Notes under the pieces: model-generated | What the model saw: only the letters and a program-made list of their open reading frames with translations | What the model was told of the DNA's origin: nothing | Database searches by the model: none | Assembly (NCBI GenBank): GCA_964016885.1 | Contig: OZ024745.1 | Location: forward strand, 67,208,001 to 67,272,000 | DNA length: 64,000 bases | Source of the DNA: Eledone cirrhosa | Taxonomy: Eukaryota | Direction of reading: 5' to 3' | Made by a program: the position numbers and the translations under genes | Part shown: piece after piece, positions 62,850-64,000 of the stretch | Numbering within the stretch: the stretch's first letter is position 1 | Layout of the letters: each line of letters opens with the position of its first letter

Positions 62850-63560
62850 GTAATAAGAAATGACAAAGCAAGTAATACAAATGTAAATATTAGAATAACA
62901 CTGGTGTAGCAAAGAAGAATGATATTTACTCTATTGTTATCCACCCACGAAGGGCCTTTGTTGTTCGATGTTATAATTCCTTCTCTTAAGACGTTTTGTT
63001 TGTTTGTTTTTTGTTCTTGTCCATGCAATGTGAATGTTTGATTTTCTACAGTGGATTGTTTAGAAGAATGTGCTGCTCTTCAGATATTACAGATTGTTTA
63101 ATGAAGAATGATTAAATTTATTTTTGTTATCGGTGGTGTTTGTTTTGTTTAAACTTTGTAGTCTTTCTGAAATTAATGTATGGTGTATTCAGTATTGCTA
63201 TTCTTATTGGGTATATGGTTTATCGAAGTTTCTATTCAATTTCTACAACAGTTAATAAATCTTGGTGAACAATTTGTAAAGTTTCAACGTAATTCTTTGA
63301 ATGGAGATTAAGTGTGGAAATGACTCGTAAGATTGTGAATGGCGAATCCGGAAAAAGTGTAAAATTCAACCTGAGATGTTGTATGATGTTTACCTCCAAC
63401 GCCAAAAGCTATAATCCAACCACCAAATGAAAATAGCAATAGAAACGGCAACATGTCGGGGTTTGGATACATTGAATTGATTGTTTCAAGGGAGTATTCA
63501 CCTTCCTCCGTGGCTAGATGGTTGTGTATTCGATTACCAGTTGTATAAGTATCTTCCTGT
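62850..63560 (-). pseudogene. Possible highly decayed Helitron Rep fragment
   Basis: LETINSMYPNPDMLPFLLLFSFGGW..TSQVEFY and NKQNVLRE..VNIILL weakly recall Helitron HP..D.L.YPLLFP.G..GW and NQ..LR..IILPSS motifs. Judged by eye only. Confidence 0.3.
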
Positions 63561-64000
63561 TCACGAATAACTACTGAGAATTGCTGTATATATAACCTTT
63601 ATAAATATTCTGCTATTGTGAAAGAGAGTAGCGAATTAATTATGTCTTAATATAATTTGTCATAATATTTTGTTGTTTTGTGTTTGTTTGTTTGTTTTTT
63701 GTTGTTTTTTTTTGTTGTTGTTGTTTTTGTGTGGAGGGGGTGACTCTAGTACGTCATTTATACTTTATTTTATCACATTCGGTGATCTAGTAGATATGAT
63801 GTATCGTGAATATACAATTGTGCGAATTGTGACTCTTGATTTGGAAAGGAAAGTAAATGGGAGGATAATTGATGGAAGACCAGACCATGTATTATACACA
63901 CTCCTGATTTATTGTCATTTTTGTCCTTAGTCCCCGATACGTCATCGAAAGTGAAGCTAAAGCTGAGTTATAAGCCCTAATGTTATATCAAAAGTAGAAC

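Overview
AT-rich, microsatellite-laden eukaryotic genomic DNA. The SINE and repeat landscape and the receptor suggest a cephalopod (octopus-like) source, which is inference. There is one clear host gene, an intronless invertebrate D1-like (Dop1R2/INDR-type) dopamine receptor at 12183-13478 (+). The rest is mobile DNA: three families of Penelope-like retroelements (PLEs; RT + GIY-YIG remnants with inverted pseudo-LTRs), R4/Dong and RTE LINE fragments, about 20 tRNA-derived SINE copies, Helentron-type HINEs and MITEs. The most notable signal is a dense set of type I hammerhead ribozymes (HHRs): 14 complete hand-folded motifs in 7 sequence families, plus several partial ones. They sit mostly in fold-back (palindromic) insertions that end in (TA)n microsatellites. 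These include a ~440-nt non-coding retrozyme-like element whose 5' end coincides with its own predicted cleavage site, HHRs with non-canonical cores (CAGAAGA, CCGAAGA), and a short motif shared downstream of the ribozyme across unrelated families. All RNA folds were done by eye and repeat boundaries are approximate. Most ORFs in the supplied track are microsatellite or antisense artefacts.
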